A DNA stretch of 59,823 bases from Minisyncoccota bacterium (GCA_041665325.1 JBAYJB010000001.1:1-59823), one strand, 5' to 3'; counted from the first letter of the stretch, positions 47,263 through 56,705 are shown. Numbers and translations are program-made. The notes: a model not told the origin generated them from the letters alone.

Positions 47263-48720
47263 ATGGCCTCTCTCGACGAAATCAAAGAAGCCAGACTGAA
47301 TAAACTGGCGTTATTGAAGAAGGCCGGCATGTCGGCTTATCCGGCTAAGATCCCGCGCGACCACTGCCTACTCGATGCGCGCAAAGGTTTCGTCGAATAC
47401 GAGAAGTCGCAAAAAGTAGCCAACCTCGCCGGTCGTATCATGGCCATCCGCGGCCAGGGTGCCATCCTCTTCGTCGTGCTCGATGACGGCAAGGCCACAT
47501 TCCAAGCGGTAGTGAAGAAGGATGTTTTAGATCCAGATTTGTTCAAGTTATTTTCAGAAGCCGTAGACATCGGCGATATCATCTCGGTCTCCGGCACCAT
47601 GTTCAAGACGCAGAAAGGGGAGGAGAGCATCCTCGTCACTTCATGGACCATGGCCGCCAAGTCGCTCCTGCCCTTGCCCGAGAAGTGGCACGGCCTCGTC
47701 GATCCGGACGAGAAACTGCGCAAGCGCTACCTCGACTTCATCATGACGCCAGAGCTCCGCGACCTCTTCAAGAAGAAGGCCAAGTTCTGGGATGCCGCGA
47801 GGAAGATGCTCAAAGAAGATGGATTCCTAGAAGTAGAGACGCCCACTCTAGAGCTGACCACCGGCGGCGCCGAGGCTCGTCCTTTCGTCACACATCACAA
47901 TGATTTTGATATCGACCTGTATCTGCGCATCTCCGTCGGGGAGCTCTGGCAGAAGCGGCTCCTCGCCGGCGGCTTCCCGAGAGTCTTCGAGATCGGCCGT
48001 TTGTACCGCAACGAGGGATCGAGCCCGGAGCACGCACAGGAATTCACGAACCTAGAATTCTACGGTTCCTACATGACTTTTGACGGCGGTATCGAATTTA
48101 CCGAGAAGCTGATCAAGGAGATGGCGCAACAAGCATTTGGCACGCTTGTCTTCGACCTGCGGGGCACTCAAGTGGACCTCTCGAAGGAGTGGCCGCGCAT
48201 CGACTATGTGGAAACCGTGGAGAAGATGACTGGCGTGAATGTCCTCAAGGCCTCGGAAAAGGAAATGACCAATAAGCTCAAGGATCTGAAAGTCGATTTT
48301 GACGGCAACAACAGGGAACGTCTGACAGACACGCTTTGGAAACATTGCCGCAAGCAGATCGTCGGTCCGTCATGGCTCATCAATCATCCCAAGATCGTCT
48401 CACCCCTGTCCAAGATCAATCCGAACAATCCCGAGACGACTCTGCGCGTGCAGCTCATCCTCGGCGGTGGGGAGATGACCAATGGCTTCTCCGAGCTCAA
48501 TGACCCGATCGACCAGCGCGAGCGTTTCGACGAGCAAAGCAAGCTGATCAAAGCCGGCGACAAGGAAGCCATGATGCCGGACGAAGAATTTGTAGAGATG
48601 CTCGAGCACGCTATGCCTCCGGCCTTCGGTTTCGGCATGGGCGAGCGCCTCTTCGCCACCCTCTCCGGCAAGCCGCTCCGCGAGACGCAACTATTCCCGT
48701 TGATGAGGCCGAAGAAATAG
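47263..48720 (+). CDS. lysS: Lysine--tRNA ligase (class II)
   Basis: OB-fold N-terminal domain. FLEVETPTL, motif 2 RVFEIGRLYRNEG, motif 3 GFGMGERL. Confidence 0.93.
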   Translation: MASLDEIKEARLNKLALLKKAGMSAYPAKIPRDHCLLDARKGFVEYEKSQKVANLAGRIMAIRGQGAILFVVLDDGKATFQAVVKKDVLDPDLFKLFSEAVDIGDIISVSGTMFKTQKGEESILVTSWTMAAKSLLPLPEKWHGLVDPDEKLRKRYLDFIMTPELRDLFKKKAKFWDAARKMLKEDGFLEVETPTLELTTGGAEARPFVTHHNDFDIDLYLRISVGELWQKRLLAGGFPRVFEIGRLYRNEGSSPEHAQEFTNLEFYGSYMTFDGGIEFTEKLIKEMAQQAFGTLVFDLRGTQVDLSKEWPRIDYVETVEKMTGVNVLKASEKEMTNKLKDLKVDFDGNNRERLTDTLWKHCRKQIVGPSWLINHPKIVSPLSKINPNNPETTLRVQLILGGGEMTNGFSELNDPIDQRERFDEQSKLIKAGDKEAMMPDEEFVEMLEHAMPPAFGFGMGERLFATLSGKPLRETQLFPLMRPKK

Positions 48721-48745
48721 ACAAGCTTGTTGTTCTGCTGCTTAA

Positions 48746-48766
48746 GCCCTATTCAGGGCCTTTTTC
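48746..48766 (+). terminator. Weak putative terminator after lysS
   Basis: GCCCT-ATTC-AGGGC followed by CTTTTTCTT. Confidence 0.4.
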
Positions 48767-48813
48767 TTATCCCCAAGTTATCCACCGCTCTAATCCGTGC
48801 CTAAACCAAAAAA

Positions 48814-48849
48814 GTGGAGTAAAATACCCATCAAGTGGGAAGAAGTGGT
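48814..48849 (+). promoter_or_regulatory. Candidate MraZ operator: three GTGG(A/G/T) direct repeats upstream of mraZ
   Basis: GTGGA 48814, GTGGG 48835, GTGGT 48845, spaced 21 and 10 nt, about 30-60 nt upstream of ATG 48878. Confidence 0.4.
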
Positions 48850-48877
48850 ATAACAACTTCCTGCTCATATTATCAAC

Positions 48878-49318
48878 ATGCTCATCGGGCAATTCAATCA
48901 CACTATCGACGACAAGAATCGCCTCTCGCTTCCCGCCAAATTCCGCAAGGAAATGGGGAAGAAAGTGGTGATTACCCCCGGACTCGATTCCTGCCTCTTC
49001 ATCTTCACGATGAACGAATGGTCCAGGATCTCCGGGCACTTGTCCGTGAAAGAAAGTTCGATGCTCAAAAGTGACAACCGAGCCTTCAACCGCTACCTAT
49101 TCGGGGGAGCGGTCGAAGTCGAGGTTGACGCGGTCGGCCGGATGCTCCTCCCGGAGCTCTTGCGTGAGCGCGCCAAGCTGGGTACGAAAGTTTCATTCAT
49201 CGGCGTCCGCGATCGCGTGGAGCTGTGGGATGAGACGGCTTGGCAGGCTTACGCAAAGGACGTCGAGGGGAAAGCCGGCACGCTCGCTGACAAATTGAGC
49301 CAGGAGGGCATGCTCTAA
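48878..49318 (+). CDS. mraZ: Transcriptional regulator MraZ
   Basis: Two SpoVT/AbrB-like halves: DDKNRLSLPAKFR and VDAVGRMLLPELLR. First gene of the dcw block. Confidence 0.92.
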   Translation: MLIGQFNHTIDDKNRLSLPAKFRKEMGKKVVITPGLDSCLFIFTMNEWSRISGHLSVKESSMLKSDNRAFNRYLFGGAVEVEVDAVGRMLLPELLRERAKLGTKVSFIGVRDRVELWDETAWQAYAKDVEGKAGTLADKLSQEGML

Positions 49319-49320
49319 AT

Positions 49321-50250
49321 ATGCAAAGCGTACATATACCAGTTCTTTTACACGAAGTAGTCGAATATCTCACGAAGCCGTTCCTGGGTTCGCCTGCCTG
49401 CCGGCAGGCAGGCGCTGTCGCTCCTTGGTACCTTGATGGCACCCTAGGCGGCGGCGGGCACACCCGTGCGATCGCGTCGGCCCTCTCGAGGAATGTCAGC
49501 ATCATCGCTCTCGACCGCGACCCCTTGGCCGTCAAACGCGCTGAAGAGAACCTGCGCGGCGAAGCCAAGAGGTTGATCATCGAGAATGACGACTTCCGTA
49601 ACCTCGACAAGTGCCTCGCCAAGCACGGCATCCAGGCGGTGGACATGATCCTCCTAGATCTAGGCATCTCTTCCGATGAATTGGAAACGTCGGGCAGGGG
49701 ATTCTCATTCCAGAAGGATGAGCCCCTCCACATGACTATGGGCGATCCTGCCAAGCACCCATTCACGGCCAAGACCATCGTCAACGAGTGGCAGGAAGAG
49801 GACATCGCCAATGTCATATATGCCTACGGAGAGGAAGGCTTCTCGCGAAGGATCGCCAAGGCCATCGTAGCCGCGCGCGAAAAGAAGTCCATCGAGACGT
49901 CGGCCGAGCTCGCGGAGATCGTCAAGATGTCAGTGCCGGCATTCTATAGGAGAGGTAAGACACATCCGGCGACCAAGACATTCCAGGCCCTGCGCATCGC
50001 GGTCAATGATGAGCTCAAGGCGCTAGAGGAAGGATTGAGCAGAAGCATCGAGCATCTCAATCCGGGAGGCCGCCTCGCAGTCATCTCGTTCCATAGTCTC
50101 GAAGACCGCATAGTCAAGAATTTCTTCAAGGAACTGGATAAGAAAAAAGGGAAGATCCTCACCAAGAAGCCGATCAAACCTAGCGCGCAGGAAATCGCGG
50201 AAAATCCAAGGTCTAGAAGCGCGAAGTTGAGGGTTTTTGAGAAGAAATAG
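49321..50250 (+). CDS. rsmH: 16S rRNA (cytosine1402-N4)-methyltransferase RsmH
   Basis: HIPVLL, DGTLGGGGH, DLGISS, FHSLEDRIVK. It contains an in-frame 22-bp palindrome encoding SPACRQAGAV. Confidence 0.92.
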   Translation: MQSVHIPVLLHEVVEYLTKPFLGSPACRQAGAVAPWYLDGTLGGGGHTRAIASALSRNVSIIALDRDPLAVKRAEENLRGEAKRLIIENDDFRNLDKCLAKHGIQAVDMILLDLGISSDELETSGRGFSFQKDEPLHMTMGDPAKHPFTAKTIVNEWQEEDIANVIYAYGEEGFSRRIAKAIVAAREKKSIETSAELAEIVKMSVPAFYRRGKTHPATKTFQALRIAVNDELKALEEGLSRSIEHLNPGGRLAVISFHSLEDRIVKNFFKELDKKKGKILTKKPIKPSAQEIAENPRSRSAKLRVFEKK

Positions 50251-50274
50251 CCCAAGCATCAAACAACATTTAAA

Positions 50275-50619
50275 ATGAAACAAGTCCTGACACAAACATA
50301 CGATCTCGCCCAGGAATATCGGGCCCGCATCACGCTGACGCTCATTTCGGCTTGCGTGGTCGCTGTGCTTTTCTATGCATTGAACATCTACAACATCATT
50401 TCCCAGGCCGTCGCTCTGGAGCAGGTCAAAGGCCAGATCACGGCCGTGACAAGCTCGATCAATACCCTGGAGGCCGATTATTTGAAGCTTTCCGGTAACA
50501 TCACCCCTGATTCGCTGGCCGGCCGCGGCTTGGCCGAAGGCAAGGTCAGCCTCTATATCCAACGCGCAGTTGCCACCGCTTCCTTGGTCAGTTTGGCGCA
50601 AGCGGGACATGAACTCTAA
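50275..50619 (+). CDS. FtsL-like small membrane protein
   Basis: 114 aa with a single TM helix and a coiled-coil-like region, positioned between rsmH and ftsI. Confidence 0.5.
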   Translation: MKQVLTQTYDLAQEYRARITLTLISACVVAVLFYALNIYNIISQAVALEQVKGQITAVTSSINTLEADYLKLSGNITPDSLAGRGLAEGKVSLYIQRAVATASLVSLAQAGHEL

Positions 50620-52327
50620 GCAACGGTTCCGAACTAGGATCGTACTCGCCTGCATCCTCATGGGAGCGGGAGTTTTGGCCGCTTCGAGCTATTCGACGGC
50701 CATCATTCACGGCGATGCTTATGCCGCCAAGGCCGACGCTCAATACGCCAAACCTTCCGGCAATCTTTTTGACCGGGGCACTATATATTTCTCCGACAAG
50801 GACGGCCGGCAGACTCCCGCCGCTACCAAGAAGAGCGGCTTCCTGATCTATATCAACCCCAAGCTCATCACTGACCCTCTGCCGGTGTACCAGGCCTTGT
50901 CGAATTATGTGAAGATTGATCAGGCCACATTCCTGGCCAAGGCCAAGAAGGCGAATGATCCATACGAGGAGCTCGTGCATGATGTCGATCAGGCCGCGGC
51001 CGATGCCGTGAGGGGGCTACGTATCAATGGGCTTGCGGCCTCCCCAGAGAATAAGCGTTCATATCCCGGCGGTAGTCTGGCCGCGCATGAACTAGGTCTG
51101 ACCGGTGAGAGCGCTACATCCACGGCGGTGTCCGGTCGTTATGGCCTGGAGCGGGCCTACGACGCGGTTCTACGCCGCAGTGCACCTCCTGGAGCGGTCA
51201 ATGCCTTCGCTCAACTATTTGCCGACATCGAGTCATCTGTCTTGGGCGGCGGTGATCCGCATGCCGGCGATATCGTCACCACCATCGAACCTAAGGTAGA
51301 AGCATATCTCGATAGCGCTCTCGTCAAGATTCGCACCACCTGGCATTCCGACGAGATCGGCGGCATCATCATGGATCCACATACCGGAGAGATCGTAGCT
51401 ATGTCCTCTTTGCCGACCTTTGACCCGAATGATACCGCTGCCGTCAAGGATGTCTCGGTCTTCTCCAACTCGCTCGTCGAACATGCTTATGAGATGGGTT
51501 CGATCATGAAGCCTCTGACCATGGCGGTAGCGCTCGATAGCGGCCGATTCAAGCCAACCTCGACCTATGACGATACAGGCTGTATGACTCTGGATACCAA
51601 GAAGATATGTAACTTCGACGGCAAGGCCCGCGGCATCGTCCCTATGCAACAGATCTTGTCACAATCGCTGAATATCGGGGCGGTGACCCTCGGCCTCAAG
51701 GTCGGCGCGGCCGACTTCACGAGATATTTCGAGAGCTTCGGCGTGACCGCCAAGACCGGCATCGACTTGCCGAACGAAGCCACGCCACTCACCAAGAATC
51801 TGAAGAGCGGCCGCGATATTGCCATCGCCACGGCTTCCTACGGCCAAGGCATCTCCGTATCTCCGGTCGGCATGATCCGCGCTCTGGCAGTCCTAGCCAA
51901 CGGGGGGTATGTCATCACTCCGCACTTGGTCAAGGAGATCAACTACACTGATGGCTCGACCAAGGAGATCAAGACCGACCGTGGGTCCCCGGTCTTCAAG
52001 GCAGAGACGCTCGATGACGTCAAAGATATGCTCGTGACTGTGGTCGACAAGGCTCTAGCCAATGGGTCCATCAAACGGGAGCACTATACCGTGGCGGCTA
52101 AGACGGGTACCGCCGAAGTGCCAGATCCGGTCAATGGCGGCTACTATAGCGACCGGTATCTGCACTCATTCTTCGGCTTCTTCCCGGCCTACAATCCGCG
52201 CTTCATCGTGTTCCTCTATCAGATCAACCCCAAAGGTGCTCAATACGCCTCGGAGACGCTGGTCAAGCCGTTCGACGATATCACGACCTTCCTTCTGAAT
52301 TACTACAATATTCCGCCGGACCGTTGA
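50609..52327 (+). CDS. ftsI: Penicillin-binding protein, FtsI/PBP3-type transpeptidase
   Basis: ATG 50609. SxxK (GSIMKP), SxN (SQSLN), KTG (AKTGTAE). dcw context. Confidence 0.85.
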   Translation: MNSKQRFRTRIVLACILMGAGVLAASSYSTAIIHGDAYAAKADAQYAKPSGNLFDRGTIYFSDKDGRQTPAATKKSGFLIYINPKLITDPLPVYQALSNYVKIDQATFLAKAKKANDPYEELVHDVDQAAADAVRGLRINGLAASPENKRSYPGGSLAAHELGLTGESATSTAVSGRYGLERAYDAVLRRSAPPGAVNAFAQLFADIESSVLGGGDPHAGDIVTTIEPKVEAYLDSALVKIRTTWHSDEIGGIIMDPHTGEIVAMSSLPTFDPNDTAAVKDVSVFSNSLVEHAYEMGSIMKPLTMAVALDSGRFKPTSTYDDTGCMTLDTKKICNFDGKARGIVPMQQILSQSLNIGAVTLGLKVGAADFTRYFESFGVTAKTGIDLPNEATPLTKNLKSGRDIAIATASYGQGISVSPVGMIRALAVLANGGYVITPHLVKEINYTDGSTKEIKTDRGSPVFKAETLDDVKDMLVTVVDKALANGSIKREHYTVAAKTGTAEVPDPVNGGYYSDRYLHSFFGFFPAYNPRFIVFLYQINPKGAQYASETLVKPFDDITTFLLNYYNIPPDR

Positions 52328-52355
52328 TTGTGTTAGAGTTCTCATAACAACCCAC

Positions 52356-53672
52356 ATGCTAGCGATCAAGAAACTCCTCATCGGGATCCTCACGCTGGAA
52401 TCACGTTTGATCATCAGGAAATACAAGCCATTCATCGTGGCGGTCACCGGCAGCGTCGGCAAGACTTCGACTAAAGATGCTATATATGATGTGTTATCGG
52501 AACATTTTGTCCGCAGGAGCGAGAAGAGCATGAATAGCGAAATCGGTCTGCCGCTCACGATCATCGGGGTTCCCAACGCCTGGCGCAACCTGTCCGGTTG
52601 GTTCCGGAACATCGCCGCCGGCTTGCGCCTCATCATCGCCAAGAATGAATATCCGGATTGTCTGATCCTCGAGATCGGCGCGGACCACCCGGGCGATATC
52701 AGGAAGGTCACGAAGTGGCTCAAGCCGGACATCGCGGTCATCACGCGGATCAGCCGCACACCTGTGCATGTGGAGTTCTTCAAGGATCCGGAACAAGTGT
52801 TCGAGGAGAAGGCGGCTCTGGCGGAAGCGGTCAAGGACGGAGGCACACTGGTGTTGTTCGCTGATGACGAGAAGGCGCTCGGCATCGCCGACCGCGTGAA
52901 AGGCCGCGATATTTCAGTGATTTCATTTGGCCTCGGTGAAAAGGCCGCCGTGAGAGGATCGAATACCAAAACTGTCTATGAAGGTCCAGCTTTGCATGAT
53001 CCTGCTGGATCGCCGACGGGAATGTCTTTCGACCTGCAGATCGATGGCTCAAATGTTCCCGTAACAGTCAGGGGGATAGTGGGGAATTCATATATCTATT
53101 CATTGCTAGCGGCCGCGGCCGTAGGGAAGGTGAGAGGCATATCGGCCGGATCCATCAGCCGGTCGTTGTCTGCTTATCAAGCGCCAAGAGGCCGCCTCAA
53201 CCTGCTCCCGGGTATCAACGACTCGACCATCATCGATGATACCTATAATTCTTCACCGGACGCGGCTGTGGCGTCTTTGGCTGCGCTCAAAAGCATCGAA
53301 ACAGCCGGCGCCAAGATCGCCGTGATGGGGGATATGATGGAATTGGGCAAATACTCGGCCGAAGAGCACCGCAATATCGGCCGGGAAGCGGCGGATACTG
53401 TGAGCCAGCTGGTCACTGTGGGCCCGAGATCGAGGATGACGGCATCAGAGGCGGTGGCGAGCGGTTTGCTGGCGGAGAGCGTGCATGTCTATGATTCCGC
53501 GTCCGAGGCGGCAGCATATGTCGCGTCCGTCGCCAAGGCCGGAGACATCATCCTGGTCAAGGGCTCGCAATCCATGCGCATGGAGAGGGTAGTGGCCGCG
53601 CTCTTGCAGGAGCCCCAAAAAGCGGCTACACTCCTCGTACGGCAGGAAAAGGAGTGGTTAGCGAAAGTATAG
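52356..53672 (+). CDS. murF: UDP-N-acetylmuramoyl-tripeptide--D-alanyl-D-alanine ligase
   Basis: Mur ligase P-loop VTGSVGKTSTKD, a DDTYNSSPD-type motif, dcw context. Confidence 0.88.
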   Translation: MLAIKKLLIGILTLESRLIIRKYKPFIVAVTGSVGKTSTKDAIYDVLSEHFVRRSEKSMNSEIGLPLTIIGVPNAWRNLSGWFRNIAAGLRLIIAKNEYPDCLILEIGADHPGDIRKVTKWLKPDIAVITRISRTPVHVEFFKDPEQVFEEKAALAEAVKDGGTLVLFADDEKALGIADRVKGRDISVISFGLGEKAAVRGSNTKTVYEGPALHDPAGSPTGMSFDLQIDGSNVPVTVRGIVGNSYIYSLLAAAAVGKVRGISAGSISRSLSAYQAPRGRLNLLPGINDSTIIDDTYNSSPDAAVASLAALKSIETAGAKIAVMGDMMELGKYSAEEHRNIGREAADTVSQLVTVGPRSRMTASEAVASGLLAESVHVYDSASEAAAYVASVAKAGDIILVKGSQSMRMERVVAALLQEPQKAATLLVRQEKEWLAKV

Positions 53673-53692
53673 TTTTGCGCGCGCATTCATTC

Positions 53693-53764
53693 GGCCCTAT
53701 CGTCTAATGGTTAGGACACGGCCTTCTCAAGGCTGGAATCGGGGTTCGACTCCCCGTAGGGTCA
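53693..53764 (+). tRNA. tRNA-Glu (CUC)
   Basis: GGCCCTA TC GTCT AATGGTTA GGAC A CGGCC TTCTCAA GGCTG GAAT CGGGG TTCGACT CCCCG TAGGGTC A. Confidence 0.88.
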
Positions 53765-53850
53765 CAGATTTCATAGCTATATTTTGCAGAATGTTTTGGG
53801 ACTGTTCAGATCTTTCAATTTAATATATACTTCCAATAATCATTAAATAT

Positions 53851-54255
53851 ATGCCTAGCGAAAGTATACAGGAACCAATACCACAGCCTGAGAACTGGAT
53901 TGTTGAAGCATCACAACGGGAAACTGATTTAAAGATAGATAAATTAACTAGTTCAGATTCAGAGCTGGTAGGAGCGGCTTATGAAAGAGCTGGTAACTAC
54001 AAAAAGGCTGCGGAATTCTATCTCATGTACGGAGGCGGAGAAAGCGCAATTAGAATTTTTGACGAGCAAGCATTTAGTCCAGTAGACATAACTGAAGTCA
54101 AAAGAAACGCCGCAGATAGACTCGATTCATTTGCTCAAGGGATTGAAGAGGCTCCGAGACCTACGCCGCCCCTTAATTATCCTCTTCCTGATTACAGCAG
54201 TCTTGCTAAAGACTATCGGAAGTTTGCGGGAGAATTAAGGAATCAAGTTGTATAA
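53851..54255 (+). CDS. Hypothetical protein (AT-rich islet)
   Basis: 134-aa ORF with no recognisable family. It lies between tRNA-Glu and a repeat of its 3' end. Confidence 0.4.
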   Translation: MPSESIQEPIPQPENWIVEASQRETDLKIDKLTSSDSELVGAAYERAGNYKKAAEFYLMYGGGESAIRIFDEQAFSPVDITEVKRNAADRLDSFAQGIEEAPRPTPPLNYPLPDYSSLAKDYRKFAGELRNQVV

Positions 54256-54432
54256 GATTAGTCTCTTAAGAAACAATGGATGATTTACTCTTAGTTTTAA
54301 CCCTATTAGGGGATGACTTCTGACAGACACCGATGAGTAGAATGCTCATAAAATGGCCTATTTGTAAGGTTTGAAATTATGGAATTAAGCCTCACAAAGA
54401 ATTCGACTATGGGTTTTGAATCCTGTATTGTT

Positions 54433-54449
54433 AGGGTCACAGTTTTCTT
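54433..54449 (+). repeat. Direct repeat of the tRNA-Glu(CUC) 3' end (att-like), copy 2
   Basis: AGGGTCACAGTTTTCTT is identical to 55803-55819. Its first 10 nt match 53758-53767, the tRNA 3' end plus CAG. Confidence 0.6.
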
Positions 54450-54476
54450 TAAGCTAGTTTGATATAATATAACCAC

Positions 54477-55088
54477 ATGCAAGCAATATCTGAAACTATG
54501 GGGTTTTATGCGCTCGTATTCTTCCTCCTCTTGTTTTTCTGGATGGTTTTCTCTATTCCATCTTTCGTAAGAAGCGCTCGGCTCTATGCACTGTCCAAGA
54601 AGGCCGGGCTCAATTATAGTAGGGTCGGTCCGTCGAAAAATCCGATCTGGAATTTGAATTTTTTCGCCCCTCTGACAAAGAACCTCATATCAGGCGAATA
54701 TCAGGGTCGCAGTATATCTATCAAAGATATGACCCGGATATCGGGAGGACTCCCACGCTTCCAACGGGCATATCGCCTTACGGAAATCAACGGAAAGGTT
54801 TACGGCAGGCTCTCTGTGTCTGTGATTCGCGGATTCATTTATTCAAACGAAAGCTTAGAAACTCATAAATTTAGTAACTTCGGGAAAATCAGTTTCGGGA
54901 TGTACTATATAGGAACTCTGGCAGCTGGATTCATTGTGTATGCGATCATCCAATTCTACGAGGCGCACATCATTTATAAGGCGCTGCTGTCGATAGCGGT
55001 TTTAGTCTTTTTTATTACAGCTGGCCATTTTCTAGCAAAGCATAATCGATATATCAAACTGGAAAAGAATGAGATGGAGGTCGATTAA
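54477..55088 (+). CDS. Hypothetical membrane protein
   Basis: 203-aa ORF with an N-terminal TM helix and two C-terminal TM helices. TGATATAAT extended -10 lies 8 nt upstream. Confidence 0.45.
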   Translation: MQAISETMGFYALVFFLLLFFWMVFSIPSFVRSARLYALSKKAGLNYSRVGPSKNPIWNLNFFAPLTKNLISGEYQGRSISIKDMTRISGGLPRFQRAYRLTEINGKVYGRLSVSVIRGFIYSNESLETHKFSNFGKISFGMYYIGTLAAGFIVYAIIQFYEAHIIYKALLSIAVLVFFITAGHFLAKHNRYIKLEKNEMEVD

Positions 55089-55106
55089 AGACTTTGCTTT
55101 ATAAAA

Positions 55107-55721
55107 ATGAATAAAAAAGTTATCATATTCGATTTCGACGGCGTAATCGTGGATACATTCTCCTTCTGCTTCAAGATCGTTGATTCCCGTGAGTACATAA
55201 CGGAAGCAGACTACAGACGAAGGTTTGATGGGAATGTCTTTAATGCTGAGCGAAAATACAAGAAGCCGAATACTACTCTAGAAGATTTCGATCGTCAGTA
55301 CGCACCGGAGCTTATGAAATGTGAGCCGATCAAGGGAATGAGAGAAGCTATACAGAAGTTTGCAGAGAAATATACTCTTGTCATCATCTCATCTAGCACT
55401 ACATCTTCAATCGATAACTTTCTAAAAGCTGGTGGTCTAAAAGAATGTTTTAGCGAGGTCTTGGGTTGCGATGTAGACAAGAGCAAGGTAAACAAGATCC
55501 GAAGGGTTTTGAAGGACTACAAGATCGAACCGACTGATGCGGTCTTTATCACGGATACATTGGGCGACATCAAAGAAGGCGATCATTGTGGCATCAAATC
55601 AATCGCTGTTACATGGGGCTATAGCCCTGTGGATGCTCTTCAAAAGGGTAATCCGTATGCAATCGTTAATGATGTGGCAGAACTAAGGCAGAAGGTCGCT
55701 GGATTCTTCTCTGGGAACTAA
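55107..55721 (+). CDS. HAD-family hydrolase (phosphoglycolate phosphatase-like subfamily)
   Basis: VIIFDFDGVIVDT (DxDG motif I), SSS motif II, FITDTLGD motif IV. Confidence 0.75.
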   Translation: MNKKVIIFDFDGVIVDTFSFCFKIVDSREYITEADYRRRFDGNVFNAERKYKKPNTTLEDFDRQYAPELMKCEPIKGMREAIQKFAEKYTLVIISSSTTSSIDNFLKAGGLKECFSEVLGCDVDKSKVNKIRRVLKDYKIEPTDAVFITDTLGDIKEGDHCGIKSIAVTWGYSPVDALQKGNPYAIVNDVAELRQKVAGFFSGN

Positions 55722-55802
55722 GGCTTGTTTGGCTGCACTGTGCTGTAAAATCCATGCCATTCCTGCATTTCCTTGATTAATTGATTCCAATCTCCACTAA
55801 CG

Positions 55803-55819
55803 AGGGTCACAGTTTTCTT
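55803..55819 (+). repeat. Direct repeat of the tRNA-Glu(CUC) 3' end (att-like), copy 3
   Basis: AGGGTCACAGTTTTCTT, identical to 54433-54449. Confidence 0.6.
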
Positions 55820-55833
55820 GTCTTGGGCATGTT

Positions 55834-56499
55834 ATGATTTGTGATGTGTTACATGATAAAAGAGGGTTCACCCTCATAGAACTTCTTGTCGTCGTCTCCA
55901 TCATTAGCACCTTGGCTAGCGTAGTTTTTGCTTCCCTTGGTGCTGCCCGAGACAGGGGCAAAGAAGGCGCAGTTAAGGCTAACCTCCGAAGCATGATGGA
56001 TCAGGCGGAACTATCCTACAGTAGTGTTATCCCCAACAACTATTCCACTGTCTGTGCCGGAGTAGCCAAGATGATGACCGCCATTACCAATATCGGCGGT
56101 ACGGCTGCTTGTTATAGCCAATATTTGGCTGGTCTTGATGAGAATGCTAGATGGGGAGTCTCTGCTAAGCTTAATTCCAATACAACAAAAAATTATTCCG
56201 TAGATTCATTCGGGATTGTAACTTGGGATGCTACAGATGCGTCAGGAGTGCAGGTCACTTGGACTGCTGCCAAGATCGCTTGTGCGAACTCCGGAGGCCG
56301 TTTACCCACATTTGAACAGTTGAAAACTCTGTATACGATATACGGCTCTAATCCTACTCCCGGTTTTGTGGGCAACGGTTATCATTCTGCTAATCTTTTA
56401 CCATGGAACCCTAGTTATGCTTACGGTATTGATATGGCAAGCGGTGGCACAGTTGCCTATAGCATAGCCTCGACTTACCATGTTCGTTGCGTCCGTTAA
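55834..56499 (+). CDS. Type IV pilin-like protein with a DUF1566-like C-terminal domain
   Basis: HDKRGFTLIELLVVVSIISTLASVVFA prepilin motif. C-terminal WTAAKIACANSGGRLPTFEQLKTL resembles the DUF1566 (Lcl C-terminal) signature. Confidence 0.75.
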   Translation: MICDVLHDKRGFTLIELLVVVSIISTLASVVFASLGAARDRGKEGAVKANLRSMMDQAELSYSSVIPNNYSTVCAGVAKMMTAITNIGGTAACYSQYLAGLDENARWGVSAKLNSNTTKNYSVDSFGIVTWDATDASGVQVTWTAAKIACANSGGRLPTFEQLKTLYTIYGSNPTPGFVGNGYHSANLLPWNPSYAYGIDMASGGTVAYSIASTYHVRCVR

Positions 56500-56556
56500 C
56501 CCCATCATATTTTAGGCTCATCAGGTCGTAGGCGTCTTCGCGCGTCTTCTCGCAAG

Positions 56557-56587
56557 GCGCTCAACCTTCGGGTGGGGCGCTTTTTTA
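56557..56587 (+). terminator. Rho-independent terminator after the pilin gene
   Basis: GCGCTCAACC-TTCG-GGTGGGGCGC (9 of 10 positions pair, including one G-U wobble; UUCG loop) followed by TTTTTT. Confidence 0.7.
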
Positions 56588-56705
56588 TACCCAGAGCCAT
56601 ATTCCAGGCCATTCTGGTCATGCCCCTTGCATATTACCTATTCCTGTGCTATCCTTGATTGCATAGAAAGCGTAGTCGAATTTCTTCAAAATTAAATCTA
56701 AAACC

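Noticed and set aside
49197-52969. Long minus-strand ORFs (49197..49817, 50023..50661, 52166..52969) across the dcw block
   Set aside because: All are antisense to mraZ, rsmH, ftsI or murF, which carry catalytic motifs. These are typical shadow ORFs in GC-rich coding sequence.
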